Position numbers and translations under genes: made by a program | From: a virus | Taxonomy: Duplodnaviria; Caudoviricetes | Virus record (IMG/VR): IMGVR_UViG_3300022666_000227 | Span: 1 to 54,176 of that record | DNA length: 54,176 nt | Reading direction: 5' to 3' (one strand) | The notes under the pieces: generated by a model | The model's database searches: none | Seen by the model: the letters and a program-made list of their open reading frames with translations, nothing else | What the model was told of the DNA's origin: nothing | Shown here: positions 20,772 through 30,432 of the stretch, piece after piece | Position numbering within the stretch: position 1 is the first letter of the stretch | How the letters are laid out: every line of letters starts with the position of its first letter

Positions 20772-20775
20772 TAAT

Positions 20776-21330
20776 ATGGAAACAATAGATAGAGAAAAAT
20801 TTTTTAATGAATATAGAAATGTTTTTGGACCACTAAAGCAAAGTCAGGTTGATGGCATCTCATCTATACTTAATTGCCTTGAAGGTGATGAAGCAGTCAG
20901 TAAAGTTGAATGGGCAGCATATATGTTTGCAACAGTGAAACATGAGACAGCTGGAACATATCAACCAATTGAAGAATATGGAAAAGGCAAAGGTAGGAAA
21001 TACGGTATACGATCTGCTAACGGAAAAACCTATTATGGAAGAGGTTACGTCCAGCTTACATGGGAAGCTAACTATTCTACAATGGGTAAATATGTAAAGC
21101 AAGACTTAGTAGCACATCCAGAGAAAGCTCTAGACCCTTCTGTTGCATATTCAATTATGTCAATAGGAATGAGGAAAGGACTTTTTACAGGAAAGAAACT
21201 AGGGGATTATATCAAAGAAGGTGTCACCGATTATAAGAACGCAAGACGAATTATAAACGGGATGGACTGTGCAGAGTTGATAGCAAAATATGCTACTAAG
21301 TTTGAAGGGATATTGAAAGCTTCAATATAA
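20776..21330 (+). CDS. endolysin, glycoside hydrolase family 19-like (lysozyme fold)
   Basis: AYMFATVKHET, YYGRGYVQLTWEANY, ARRIING motifs. Confidence 0.9.
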   Translation: METIDREKFFNEYRNVFGPLKQSQVDGISSILNCLEGDEAVSKVEWAAYMFATVKHETAGTYQPIEEYGKGKGRKYGIRSANGKTYYGRGYVQLTWEANYSTMGKYVKQDLVAHPEKALDPSVAYSIMSIGMRKGLFTGKKLGDYIKEGVTDYKNARRIINGMDCAELIAKYATKFEGILKASI

Positions 21331-21339
21331 TTAAACTTC

Positions 21340-21738
21340 ATGAAGATAACAAGGCAGAGTAAGGAGTACAAAGAGTGGAGAATACACGCTCTAAATAGAG
21401 ACAAATGGAAATGCAAAATATGCGGATCCACCAAATTCCTCCACGTACACCACATTATTCCTCTGTCTAAAAACAAAAAGTTAATCATAGATAGAAACAA
21501 CTCAGTAACTTTATGTAAAAAATGCCATGCATTCTTAAGATATAAAGAATTAGCATTTGTATCTTTATTCAGGAATCTAATTAACAACAAGAGCTTAAAT
21601 AAAACAGATCAGACTTTATTTAATATGATTTTGAAAAGTAGTAAAATAAAACTATATAGGGGTACAGTAAAGATGAAGAAGACAACAAAGGGAATGGGGA
21701 AGAAGACAAAATCAGGTGGGAAGAGTAAGGGTTGTTAA
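21340..21738 (+). CDS. HNH endonuclease
   Basis: RDKWKCKICG...LHVHHIIP...NSVTLCKKCH. Confidence 0.85.
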   Translation: MKITRQSKEYKEWRIHALNRDKWKCKICGSTKFLHVHHIIPLSKNKKLIIDRNNSVTLCKKCHAFLRYKELAFVSLFRNLINNKSLNKTDQTLFNMILKSSKIKLYRGTVKMKKTTKGMGKKTKSGGKSKGC

Positions 21739-21751
21739 TTAGAGGTGTAAT

Positions 21752-22147
21752 ATGAATTGGATCAGAGATCAAATAAGTAAGTATATTAATATTGTCGCAC
21801 CAATTATGGTAGCAATACTATTAATATTAGGATTAATGTTATTCAAATCATGCAGTTATTCAAGTAAACTAAATGACTATAAAGAGGAAATAGCTAAGCA
21901 ACAACAGAAGATAGCAGAGATAGAAAAACAACAGAAAACAATACAAGAAAACGAAAAGCTATATCCTGTTATAGACAATAAAGTTGACAGCTTAACAAGC
22001 AATATAAATAACATAAATAAAAAAATATCCAGCATCAAAGATGTGAATAAAAAGGAAATAGACGATGAAGTTAACTCGACTAATCTCAATGATCTTAGTA
22101 ATAAGTTTCGCAATGCAGGTTACGATAACACCGTTATTTGCAGGTGA
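21752..22147 (+). CDS. spanin-like membrane-anchored coiled-coil protein
   Basis: N-terminal hydrophobic helix ending LFKSC, then coiled coil; lysis block; overlaps next gene. Confidence 0.5.
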   Translation: MNWIRDQISKYINIVAPIMVAILLILGLMLFKSCSYSSKLNDYKEEIAKQQQKIAEIEKQQKTIQENEKLYPVIDNKVDSLTSNINNINKKISSIKDVNKKEIDDEVNSTNLNDLSNKFRNAGYDNTVICR

Positions 22148-22490
22148 TAATGGGCTATACTTCTCAGAACCAGTAGCCAAGAAACTATATTCTGATATAA
22201 CTTATTACAAGGAAGTAATAAAGGTAGAACAAGAAAAGAATGAACTTCTAAAGAAGGACATAGAACTCTTAACAGAAAGAGATAAACTATATACTCAAAA
22301 AATAAATCTTCTACAAAAAGATAAAGAAATATTAACAAAAGAAAGAGACGATTATAAAGAAGAGTATTTAAGAGTAAGTGATGAAAAAACTGAATTAGAA
22401 GCAAATAAACCATCTAGGCTAAATTGGTTTTTAACAGGTGTTGCAACAGCAGCAATAATAGCATTAGGTGGAGCAATAGCGATAAAATAA
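22065..22490 (+). CDS. spanin-like partner (signal peptide, coiled coil, C-terminal TM helix)
   Basis: 83-nt out-of-frame overlap with previous gene; MKLTRLISMILVISFA signal-like; C-terminal WFLTGVATAAIIALGGAIAIK. Confidence 0.5.
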   Translation: MKLTRLISMILVISFAMQVTITPLFAGDNGLYFSEPVAKKLYSDITYYKEVIKVEQEKNELLKKDIELLTERDKLYTQKINLLQKDKEILTKERDDYKEEYLRVSDEKTELEANKPSRLNWFLTGVATAAIIALGGAIAIK

Positions 22491-22502
22491 GGATTTAGAA
22501 AG

Positions 22503-22850
22503 ATGTTATTAGAACAAAAAGATAGGCCTATTTGTCCAAACTGTCTAAAAAGACCTGTTCGCAAAAATGGAGTTACAAAAATAGGAATTCAAAAATGGGC
22601 TAAATTATGTACAACATGCCATAGGATAAAATATAAAACACATCCAGGACAAGAATATAAACGAAATAAAAGTAACATTTGTGAAATATGTGGATTTATA
22701 GCAAAAGATCCTTGTCAAATAGATATTCATCACATAGATGGAGATCATAAAAATAATAAAAAAGAAAACATCCAAGAACTATGCGTTAATTGTCATAGGC
22801 TAATAACAAGATACGAAAAGCAAGGAATGTATAAAGGGAAGGGAGAATAA
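22503..22850 (+). CDS. zinc-finger HNH endonuclease
   Basis: CPNC/CTTC, CEICG, DIHHIDGDHKNNKKENIQELCVNCH. Confidence 0.85.
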   Translation: MLLEQKDRPICPNCLKRPVRKNGVTKIGIQKWAKLCTTCHRIKYKTHPGQEYKRNKSNICEICGFIAKDPCQIDIHHIDGDHKNNKKENIQELCVNCHRLITRYEKQGMYKGKGE

Positions 22851-22866
22851 ACTCCCCTCCCTTTTT
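22833..22866. terminator. bidirectional intrinsic terminator between the convergent arms
   Basis: AAAGGGAAGGGAG-AATAAA-CTCCCCTCCCTTTTT hairpin with A/T tracts at the point where + and - operons meet. Confidence 0.8.
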
Positions 22867-23886
22867 CTATTTTAGAATTCTTTTATAAATATCTGATACT
22901 TCTCTAATCGTATTGTCATTCCAGGTATATTTAGACTGAACTAACTCTTTTGCACTATCATACATAAGCTCTCTAAAACAACGGTCTTTAATAAGAATTT
23001 CAAGTGCAGTTTTCCAATCAGAATATTTTTTACATAAAAAACCATTAACACCATGAGATATAACATTTTCATATGGATATATCTTACTCGCAATACTTAC
23101 ACATCCAGCTAATGTAGACTCATAGTATTTTAAAGCAGACTTACATACATTAAAGTGATTATCAGCCAAAGGCATAATGCTAATATCACAATTTAAGTAC
23201 TGCAAAGTAGGGATATAATTTTTAATCTCTATGCCCTTATAAAATTTAACCTTATCATAATACTTTTTACGGATAAACTCATCAGGTAAACACCCAACAA
23301 AATATAACTCAATATCATAATTATCAAGGATATACTTGAGAGCACTTATAACAGGCTTTTCAAAATCTCCACTATGAGTTATACTTCCTGCATAAAGTAT
23401 TCGAACTTTTTCATTTTCTCTTTTATCACAAAATAGATTTTCAACTAGATTTGGAACCACATGTACACTATCATTAAATCGTTTAAGATATTTAGCTAAA
23501 GGTTCTGTAGATGTTGTTACAGCATCACATTTAGAAATAATCTTATTCATAGACTGGAACATTTGTTTAGTCCAATGTTTACGTGAATAATTATAACTTG
23601 GAATATCCCAAACTAAATCATCTATATCAAACCATACTTGCCTATCAACATTATGAGCAGTATCAATAAAATCAATAAGACCTGGCATACAATGTCTTTG
23701 TAAAATAACCACATCATTAGAAAGATATTCTAATACACTGTTTGGCTTAAATCCTATAGTAACAGATGTATCAAAATTCTTACTTAAATACACAGATGGT
23801 AAATAAGACCTATACCAAAAACAACCAGAATTATCAGCCGACGTAAAAACAATTTTCTTATCCATTAAACATAATCCCACATTCAT
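22867..23886 (-). CDS. GT-B (GT4-like) glycosyltransferase
   Basis: SGCFWYR, VILQR, FDIDD, YAGSITH, DISIMPLADNHFNVCKSALKYYE, VNGFL motifs; true start may be MDKK. Confidence 0.8.
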   Translation of the reverse strand: MNVGLCLMDKKIVFTSADNSGCFWYRSYLPSVYLSKNFDTSVTIGFKPNSVLEYLSNDVVILQRHCMPGLIDFIDTAHNVDRQVWFDIDDLVWDIPSYNYSRKHWTKQMFQSMNKIISKCDAVTTSTEPLAKYLKRFNDSVHVVPNLVENLFCDKRENEKVRILYAGSITHSGDFEKPVISALKYILDNYDIELYFVGCLPDEFIRKKYYDKVKFYKGIEIKNYIPTLQYLNCDISIMPLADNHFNVCKSALKYYESTLAGCVSIASKIYPYENVISHGVNGFLCKKYSDWKTALEILIKDRCFRELMYDSAKELVQSKYTWNDNTIREVSDIYKRILK

Positions 23887-24706
23887 AATTTGAATAATCT
23901 TTAAATTTTCTCATAACCATATCATTATACATAATACCAAATGAATTTAAAAACTTAATATCATATTCATCAAAGGTTTTTCTACTATTAATAAAGCTAC
24001 TGGCTTTAGAAATAAAAGAATTATTAAAAGTATCTTTAGTCCTAGTATATAGATTATCATACATAAGATATTTAAAATTATTAGTAGATGCTAGTATGGC
24101 AGAAATCATTCTCTCAAAAATAAATGGAAAGAAAGCAACGTCTCCACCTCCACCATATACACTTATATCAAATAATAACTTTTTAGTATCATCATCATCA
24201 GCCTCATAAATAGCCTTATAAAGCTTTTCACAATAATACATATATTTATACCAGAACTTTTTATTTGCAACCCAATAATTACAAAAAGAACAGTTATCAA
24301 AAGAGTTTCTTGTAGATCTAATATCTATATCAATACCAGCATCTTTAAATAGCTTCTCAGTTAATTCAATTAATCCTGGATGCCAATACTCTCCTTGGTA
24401 CCAAACATTATAGTTAATAAAAGATTGCTCAGGATAAGGATTGATAACATAGACATCATATCCTTTATTTTTATTGATCCATGATACAAAATCAGAACCT
24501 CTTAAGCCTGTTTTTTCTTTAAACTTCCAAGACAAAACTCCAAAATATTTATTATTCTTAAATGGATCATGATTGAAATAAATATCTCTCATAACACCAT
24601 ATTCAAATTCTTTTTCCTTTATAGGATTAGAGTTATCATATGGGGTAAATGTTTTATCTAAACTTTGCCTACTTTTATCATCAAAATAAACTTGATATAT
24701 CTTCAA
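23858..24706 (-). CDS. putative glycosyltransferase-like protein
   Basis: KIYQVYF, YFGVLSWKF, HPGL, FCNYWV, FIFERM; resembles uncharacterised GT-A-like proteins of glycan loci; TTG start with GGAG RBS. Confidence 0.5.
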   Translation of the reverse strand: MKIYQVYFDDKSRQSLDKTFTPYDNSNPIKEKEFEYGVMRDIYFNHDPFKNNKYFGVLSWKFKEKTGLRGSDFVSWINKNKGYDVYVINPYPEQSFINYNVWYQGEYWHPGLIELTEKLFKDAGIDIDIRSTRNSFDNCSFCNYWVANKKFWYKYMYYCEKLYKAIYEADDDDTKKLLFDISVYGGGGDVAFFPFIFERMISAILASTNNFKYLMYDNLYTRTKDTFNNSFISKASSFINSRKTFDEYDIKFLNSFGIMYNDMVMRKFKDYSNYECGIMFNG

Positions 24707-24721
24707 TTATACACTCCATCT

Positions 24722-25468
24722 TTATATTATACAAGGCTCATACTTATCTAAATTTATATTAAAGTATTTACCATTTTCTCTACATTGCTCTTCATAATCA
24801 TCTGGAACAGTTGTCACTGCTTTAGACTCATTAATATGATTAAGATATTCGAGAGAGTCAGCTAGATCTAAGAACCCAGGAATTATACCTTGATACATAA
24901 CCCTAAGTGTAAAGTTAGTATGTTCATGACCAAGCTTACGAGGTAATACTTTATAATAACCTATCTTCTCTATAAGTGATCTTGAAAACGTAAGCATACC
25001 ACCTTGTAACAAAGGAGTCAAACGTAATTTAACATCATTATGAAAAAATATTTCTCCTATACCTAATCCATCATCATAATAAGTATGATTATAAAAAGAG
25101 TAATGAGGAAAACCAGTTTTTTCATATGCATCAATATAATAATTCCACCAACCTTTAGTATATAACAAATCATCATCACATAAGAATCCAAACTCACAAT
25201 CAGATTCCAATATAGATTTTATACCAAGATTTTTAATCCTAGCATATCCTCTGTTCTCAGGTTGTCTATAAATAGATATATTATCGCAATCAAGATTATC
25301 AATAATATCCATATGCTCAGTTGTATTAGATCCATCATCACATATATAAATATGACCATTATACCCAGAGTCTAAGAGAGAATATATACTCTTTTTAAAT
25401 ATATTGAGCCTTTCAGGATTAATACCATATCTAAAATATGTAGATATAGCAAGAGCATGCTTAGTCAT
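24722..25468 (-). CDS. GT-A (GT2-like) glycosyltransferase
   Basis: ICDDGS, NRGYARIKNLG, FLCDDD (DxD) motifs. Confidence 0.8.
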   Translation of the reverse strand: MTKHALAISTYFRYGINPERLNIFKKSIYSLLDSGYNGHIYICDDGSNTTEHMDIIDNLDCDNISIYRQPENRGYARIKNLGIKSILESDCEFGFLCDDDLLYTKGWWNYYIDAYEKTGFPHYSFYNHTYYDDGLGIGEIFFHNDVKLRLTPLLQGGMLTFSRSLIEKIGYYKVLPRKLGHEHTNFTLRVMYQGIIPGFLDLADSLEYLNHINESKAVTTVPDDYEEQCRENGKYFNINLDKYEPCII

Positions 25469-26060
25469 GTTTTCTGTCCTTAAATGCTATAAATGAAAAT
25501 ACACCAGTAGAATCATATATGGTAGGAAGATTTAAGCGAAAAATAGTATTATATCCATAATTGCCTAATAAGCTCTTCCATCCTTTTTTATCTTTACAAT
25601 TTATATGAGTAGGATCAGAACGAGAGATACCTAAATAAAAATCATTTTGATTATAGTCAGCACATGGAATTCTACCTATAATAATTTTAGACTCAACATT
25701 TGTAAGCAAAGTATCAATTTCTTTATCAGTCATATGCTCAAGAACATCAAGCATTATTACTATTTCAGAATATCCTTTTGCTTCTTTCAAATATAGATTA
25801 CCACGATTTTTACCAATTTCCTCAGCATACTTAGAAATATCATATCCAACTACTTTAAGGCTATGATGTCCAAGCTTTTTAAAACCTTCCATCAAAAAGC
25901 CAAAAGCACAACCATAATCTAATATACTAGTAAAACTAGAATAAAGAGATAGTGATTCAAGTAGATTTTTTAAATCTTTAGCTAAATAATAATATCTTTC
26001 AGCTCTTTCGGTATAATCAGTATAATTATTTGTTTTATAATATTCTTCATTATATATCAT
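25461..26060 (-). CDS. class I SAM-dependent methyltransferase
   Basis: ILDYGCAFG motif I, GYDIS, DVLEHM, DPTHIN. Confidence 0.85.
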   Translation of the reverse strand: MIYNEEYYKTNNYTDYTERAERYYYLAKDLKNLLESLSLYSSFTSILDYGCAFGFLMEGFKKLGHHSLKVVGYDISKYAEEIGKNRGNLYLKEAKGYSEIVIMLDVLEHMTDKEIDTLLTNVESKIIIGRIPCADYNQNDFYLGISRSDPTHINCKDKKGWKSLLGNYGYNTIFRLNLPTIYDSTGVFSFIAFKDRKHD

Positions 26061-27046
26061 GCGAAATTCCTATCTGGCAACTCAGATGCTACAGTATGCA
26101 ATAGCTTATTATTGTTATAGTAATAACAATGATAGCATTTATCTATATCAATATTATAAGGCGGAAGCCCATCTCTAAAACGACTATTACATTGATCATA
26201 AAACCCTTTAACGTCTTCTATATTAGTCATCTTCCAGTCATCTTCATAATTTCTTGTCTTAAGTACATGAGATGTACAGATATAAACTCCATTATAATTC
26301 CAATATGGTCTTATTAAACCAACATAGCAGCCATTAGGATAAGGATGATAATTATCATTAATTTCTTTAATAAATAACTTACCTTTATTATTATACTTAA
26401 CAATAACATTATCCCATTTTTCATTTATAGTAAGAGAATCATCATTCAAACAATCAGGAGCTAGTCTAACAAATTTAACATCATAAGTAGCAGCAATAGT
26501 TGATATTAATTCTATAATGCCTTCAGTAGTTTTTTCATTAATAATATATGAAAGTCCTAGTTTTTCTTTAGGTATTGTTTTTAATTTAATATCTGTAAAC
26601 AATTTACCAGAATCCAATACTGATAATGATATGCGAATCCAAGAAGTCTTATTAATTGATTCGGCTGTTAAATATTTACCAGGATCAACAGAGTTAGTTA
26701 TAATGCCAATATCATAACCTAGATCATATGCAAAAGATATAATTTCATTTATATAAGGATGCAGAAGTGGATTACCACCACCAGTTATCTCAACTGCTTT
26801 TGCGCCCAATAGTTTAAAATCTCTTAATCCTTTTTTGATAACTCCAAAAGGTATAAACCCCTTTTTATCTCTATTCCCAACAGAGCAATAATGACAATTT
26901 AGATCACATGCTTCAATAGGAGATAGTTGAACAGTAATAGGCTTAAAGATTTTATCATTTTGTATACTATAAAGAACGTCAGTATGCTGTAATAACTTAT
27001 CACCAAATGTAGAATACATCTGAGTCATTTCTTCATTTTTTAACAA
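26057..27046 (-). CDS. radical SAM enzyme with C-terminal SPASM/Twitch-like Cys
   Basis: CDLNCHYC (CxxxCxxC), ITGGGNPLLHP, ITNS, later CYVG...VYIC...CYHCYY. Confidence 0.9.
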   Translation of the reverse strand: MLKNEEMTQMYSTFGDKLLQHTDVLYSIQNDKIFKPITVQLSPIEACDLNCHYCSVGNRDKKGFIPFGVIKKGLRDFKLLGAKAVEITGGGNPLLHPYINEIISFAYDLGYDIGIITNSVDPGKYLTAESINKTSWIRISLSVLDSGKLFTDIKLKTIPKEKLGLSYIINEKTTEGIIELISTIAATYDVKFVRLAPDCLNDDSLTINEKWDNVIVKYNNKGKLFIKEINDNYHPYPNGCYVGLIRPYWNYNGVYICTSHVLKTRNYEDDWKMTNIEDVKGFYDQCNSRFRDGLPPYNIDIDKCYHCYYYNNNKLLHTVASELPDRNFA

Positions 27047-27063
27047 TTTTTACTCCTTAAAAT

Positions 27064-27089
27064 ATAGGGGCTAAATTAATAGCCCCTAT
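27064..27089 (-). terminator. hairpin / probable terminator after nrdJ
   Basis: ATAGGGGCTA-TTAATT-TAGCCCCTAT followed by ATTTT then AAGGAG RBS. Confidence 0.65.
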
Positions 27090-27091
27090 CA

Positions 27092-29296
27092 TTACCCACA
27101 GGATGAATGTCCACAAGCGAGACATTTATTACATCCACCATCTTTTATAAACATTTCTTCCTTGCACTCTGGACAAGTAGAATATTCTACTACCTTATCC
27201 TCATTTTTTCCAGAAATACATTGAACAAACTCTTCAATAATAAGACCAATATGCTGAGGTCTACTTTTAACAAATCCATACTCTTGAGTAAAATAGCCAC
27301 CAGACTCAGTTGATGATTTAATAGACTTAAGATCTTCTATAATAAAAGAAATATCATCATTCCTTCTCATAATTGCAGAAAGCGTCTTACCTAAAGCAGC
27401 ATACATTTCTTGATTTTCATTTGAAGAGAAGATAAAGATTTCCCAAGGTTTAAGAATACCATTATCATCAAAAGAATTAATAGTTACATATACATTACCA
27501 TGAATATCTTTAATCTTATATGTCTTACCATCAAGAACTCTAGGGCGAGGAGCTAAGGTGCTAGAAGCAACAGGAGCAACTTCTTCTTCAACCTTAACCT
27601 CTTCTTTCTTTTCTACAAGAACACCTTCTCTTGTACCAGATCTAAATGTAGTAAATCCATGAAGCCCTTTATCATAAGCATACATAAGAAGATCTTTATA
27701 GCCATTAAGAGAATAGTCATTAGGAAGATTATTTGTTTTGGAGATATTTCCATCACAATATTCTTGGATAGCAGCCTGCATATTAACATGATCCATTGGA
27801 TCAATTTCCATAGATGTCTTAAAGAAACTAGGTTTATCTCCATCAGGCTTATTGAGTTTCTTATATGCTCTCCAAGCATAATCTTCTACAGCTTCAGTCT
27901 TTTTACTACCATCAGGTTGAAGAATATTACGATTATACTCAAGACAAAAGATAGGCTCACAACCATTAGATATATTACCAGCTAATAGAGATCCTGTACC
28001 AACAGGAGGAATAGTAATAATTGCTATATTCCTAATGCCATATTTTAGGATATCAGGAATAATAGTATCATCTTCTTTATTTAATTTGGTAATAAAATCA
28101 GATTTAACATACTCTTCAGCATTAAACTTAGGGAAAGAACCAAGCTCTTTAGCTAAATTGATAGAAGCTTTATATGCAGTAATAGCAAATACTTTTTGAA
28201 TCTCATTTGCTACTTCTCTACCAAGCTCACTATCATATGGAATTTTCATCATTGCCAAAAAGGATCCTAATCCAGCAATACCATTCAAGCCAATACGTCT
28301 TTCATTCTGAGCTATTTCCCTATTAGATTCATACGGATAAGAACCAACATCTAACACGCTATCTAAAAATCTAACAGCTAAACGAATAGTCTCTATATAT
28401 TTTGTCCACTTAAAATTATCTTTCCAATTAAGACAATCGCTAAATGGTACTTTTATAAATTTAGTAAGATTAATATTACCAAGACAACAAGCAGCTTCAG
28501 GAGGAAGAGAAAGCTCTCCACAAGGATTACTTGCCTTTAATTCATATAGATACCTAGAATTGCTATCTCTATTAATTGTATCATGGAAAATAAGTCCTGG
28601 ATCATTATACATCCATCCAGAATAACATAATTTATCCCATAGCTCTCTAGCCTTAATTACCTTATAGACCTTACCTTTAAATTGAAGTGCCCAAGGTCCA
28701 TCTTCTTTAACAGCCTTAATAAAAGCATCAGTAATACCAACGCTAATATTGAAATTAGTAAGAACACCTTCTGATCTTTTTGCATCAATAAACTCAAAGA
28801 TTTCTGGATGATCACAATCTAAAATAGCAATAAGAGCAGCACGTCTATTTTTGCTACCAGTTTTGATTACATCACAAGATGCATCAAAAACTTTAAGGAA
28901 AGATACTACACCAGAAGATACTCCACCACCAGACAATGGAGAGTCAACAGGACGAAGTTTAGATACATTAAATCCAACTCCACCATTCTTTTTGCTAATC
29001 ATAGCAACCTTTTTAATTGCATCATAGATATCTTCTAAAGAGTCTTCAATATCAATTACAAAACAATTCATCATATATGAATTTTTTGTACCTGCAGCTT
29101 CGGTTATTCTTCCACCAGGAATAAACTTAAAGTCTTCTAGGATATCATAAAAATCATTAGCATAACCAGATTTATTAGATACAAATAAAGATACCCTATC
29201 CCATGTACCTTCAATATTATCATCATTGTCACTCTTATATTTCTTTTCCCAAATTTCTTCAGCTAATACAAAATCTTCAAAATAATTCTTACTCAT
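27092..29296 (-). CDS. nrdJ: class II (adenosylcobalamin-dependent) ribonucleotide reductase
   Basis: PGGRI, NCFV, GGVG, RRAA, ASNPCGEL, CCLGNINL, RRIGL, PPVGT; C-terminal RPRVLDGKT domain and CPEC...GGCNKCLACGHSSCG; no nrdB in window. Confidence 0.9.
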   Translation of the reverse strand: MSKNYFEDFVLAEEIWEKKYKSDNDDNIEGTWDRVSLFVSNKSGYANDFYDILEDFKFIPGGRITEAAGTKNSYMMNCFVIDIEDSLEDIYDAIKKVAMISKKNGGVGFNVSKLRPVDSPLSGGGVSSGVVSFLKVFDASCDVIKTGSKNRRAALIAILDCDHPEIFEFIDAKRSEGVLTNFNISVGITDAFIKAVKEDGPWALQFKGKVYKVIKARELWDKLCYSGWMYNDPGLIFHDTINRDSNSRYLYELKASNPCGELSLPPEAACCLGNINLTKFIKVPFSDCLNWKDNFKWTKYIETIRLAVRFLDSVLDVGSYPYESNREIAQNERRIGLNGIAGLGSFLAMMKIPYDSELGREVANEIQKVFAITAYKASINLAKELGSFPKFNAEEYVKSDFITKLNKEDDTIIPDILKYGIRNIAIITIPPVGTGSLLAGNISNGCEPIFCLEYNRNILQPDGSKKTEAVEDYAWRAYKKLNKPDGDKPSFFKTSMEIDPMDHVNMQAAIQEYCDGNISKTNNLPNDYSLNGYKDLLMYAYDKGLHGFTTFRSGTREGVLVEKKEEVKVEEEVAPVASSTLAPRPRVLDGKTYKIKDIHGNVYVTINSFDDNGILKPWEIFIFSSNENQEMYAALGKTLSAIMRRNDDISFIIEDLKSIKSSTESGGYFTQEYGFVKSRPQHIGLIIEEFVQCISGKNEDKVVEYSTCPECKEEMFIKDGGCNKCLACGHSSCG

Positions 29297-29304
29297 AAAA
29301 TCCT

Positions 29305-29562
29305 TTACTCAGCAGTTTCTTCAGTAGTTAATAGTTCAACAATTTGACTAGTCTCAGCATTAATAAGCTCAAACTCTTCCTTATTCTTTTTAAGCTGCTT
29401 ATATTCTTTATAAGCTTTCTTAATAGACTTAACATCAATTTCTTTTTGTTCTGCAAATGTTTCAAATGCTTCCTTTATTAAAGCTCTTGTATCTTTAAGA
29501 GTATCTTCAAAGTCTTCTAACCTGCTAAATAAAGCATCAATATTTTCTTTTTCAATAGCCAT
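29305..29562 (-). CDS. GapR/DsbA-like dsDNA-binding protein
   Basis: RLEDFEDTLKDTRALIKEAF...IDVKSIKKAYKEYK helical pattern of DUF2312/T4 DsbA. Confidence 0.55.
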   Translation of the reverse strand: MAIEKENIDALFSRLEDFEDTLKDTRALIKEAFETFAEQKEIDVKSIKKAYKEYKQLKKNKEEFELINAETSQIVELLTTEETAE

Positions 29563-29564
29563 AA

Positions 29565-29870
29565 CTAATCCTTATCTACAATAATAAATGGAGATGTAAT
29601 CTCTTTACGAAATTCAGCCATCATATCAATATCATCTTCACCAAACTCATCGCATCTACCATCTTGCTTAATTGTAATCATACCAAGAGAGCATTTGCCA
29701 TTTTCCCAATCCAAACATTTAGGATTATTACAATATACAATAAGCCTATTATATACTTCTTTTTGTAGATCATTTATCTTATCTTTATATTGATCTATCT
29801 CACTTTTAAAGATAATACTAAAGATCTTTTTGTAAATTCTTTTAAACATTTTTCCCTCAGTAAAATTCAT
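29565..29870 (-). CDS. hypothetical protein with Cys cluster
   Basis: CNNPKC...GKC...GRC. Confidence 0.55.
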   Translation of the reverse strand: MNFTEGKMFKRIYKKIFSIIFKSEIDQYKDKINDLQKEVYNRLIVYCNNPKCLDWENGKCSLGMITIKQDGRCDEFGEDDIDMMAEFRKEITSPFIIVDKD

Positions 29871-30432
29871 CAGCTATTTTTAATTTAATACATTCTGTAC
29901 TAAGCCAATGCATATCTAATTTTTCTCTATGGATCTTATCTAACATCTTTTGGGTAATCTTAGTATACTTGAGGAGAATGCCTTGATATATTAGTACTAA
30001 CTTTTTCTGTTCAATAACATCTTCTTCTCGCTCTTGTGTTTTACCAATACCACCACCAGTCATATCATGATACATAAGAATGCTATATGGCTGAATAAAC
30101 CTTTTATGCCCAACAACAAAAATCATAAAGGCTGCAGATGCAACAATACCAAGAGCATAGGTATATACTGGAGTCTTAGATGTAGCCATAGCTGAAATTA
30201 ATGCTAAGCTACTTGTTACAATTCCACCAATAGAATGAATATAGATTTTAATAGGGCATTCTTTTCGATCATAACCTTTAGAATCTGATTCAATTAAATC
30301 ATCTTCTTCATTCCATTTAATGATCTGCATAACTGCGCCTTCAATTAATCTATCATCTATTGTGCCTTTTATAATAATTGTCCTATCTTTTAAAAACTCT
30401 AAATGAGTTTTATCTAATATTTCATCAGTCAT
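29857..30432 (-). CDS. clpP: ClpP-like serine protease
   Basis: RTIIIKGTID, PIKIYIHSIGG, GIVASAA (catalytic Ser), LMYHD (His), IADE. Confidence 0.85.
   Translation of the reverse strand: MTDEILDKTHLEFLKDRTIIIKGTIDDRLIEGAVMQIIKWNEEDDLIESDSKGYDRKECPIKIYIHSIGGIVTSSLALISAMATSKTPVYTYALGIVASAAFMIFVVGHKRFIQPYSILMYHDMTGGGIGKTQEREEDVIEQKKLVLIYQGILLKYTKITQKMLDKIHREKLDMHWLSTECIKLKIADEFY

Noticed and set aside
384-22564. Numerous short minus-strand ORFs opposite the structural genes (and plus-strand ORFs opposite the right arm)
   Set aside because: Antisense shadows of long coding frames without RBS or motifs
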